DNA of 64,000 nucleotides from a bacterium (GTDB lineage Bacteria; Zhuqueibacterota; Zhuqueibacteria; Residuimicrobiales; Krinioviventaceae): NCBI GenBank assembly GCA_963674595.2, contig CAXXFV010000025.1, positions 25,159 to 89,158 of the forward strand, read 5' to 3'. Shown piece by piece: positions 63,730 to 64,000 of this stretch (position 1 is its first letter; each line of letters starts with the position of its first letter). The notes under the pieces were generated by a model. It saw only the letters and a program-made list of their open reading frames with translations, ran no database searches and was not told where the DNA came from. The position numbers and the translations under genes were made by a program.

Positions 63730-64000
63730 ATGTCAATTTTTGTTAGTATAAAAAGACTTTTTAAACACTCTGCTGTTTATGGTATCGGACACATCATCAC
63801 CCGCTCTATCGGATTTTTGCTGCTGCCTTTGTATACCAATGTTTTTCCGCGTGACGAATATGGTGTTGCCGGACTGATGTTTACGTATTTGGCGATTATG
63901 TTGATTTTTTATACATACGGTCTGGATGCTGCTTTTTTCCGTTATTATATCCTTGAAAAAGACAACGACAAACGGAAAACAATTTTTTCAACAGCGTTTT
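63730..64000 (+). CDS. oligosaccharide flippase (Wzx-like), partial
   Basis: MSIFVSIKRLFKHSAVYGIGHIITRSIGFLLLPLYT...EYG...YGLDAAFFRYY, open to the window end. Confidence 0.85.
   Translation, partial: MSIFVSIKRLFKHSAVYGIGHIITRSIGFLLLPLYTNVFPRDEYGVAGLMFTYLAIMLIFYTYGLDAAFFRYYILEKDNDKRKTIFSTAF

Overview
AT-rich bacterial DNA, probably from an FCB-like or related lineage such as KSB1/Calditrichota (inferred from T9SS/FlgD-type NYPNPFNP tails, a hybrid two-component system and a TonB-dependent receptor). (1) 1-26.7 kb looks like the right end of an island integrated at tRNA-Arg(CCG). It carries a sensorless sigma54 activator and two duplicated sigma54-type promoters driving RHS toxin-immunity loci, then IS256, a remnant of a third RHS gene, IS21, an excisionase-like gene and the tRNA 3' half. 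The main discovery candidate is here: the RHS shell is split over 2 genes in locus 1 and 3 genes in locus 2. Each piece has its own Sec signal peptide, the YD-repeat register runs on across the gene borders, and a homologous WapA-like/DNRLRE head module sits at a different break point in each locus. (2) 26.7-40.3 kb is a decaying accessory zone with polysaccharide gene fragments, IS remnants, a frameshifted CARDB-papain-cohesin-dockerin protein and a cohesin partner. (3) 40.5-56.2 kb is an HTCS-associated locus, probably for organophosphate use (3 metallophosphoesterases, TBDR, GlpT-like MFS). (4) 56.5-64 kb is ordinary: SemiSWEET, ABC exporter, ECF/anti-sigma/HEAT, FAH, nitrilase family, flippase. 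All family calls are by eye from motifs; no database search was run.
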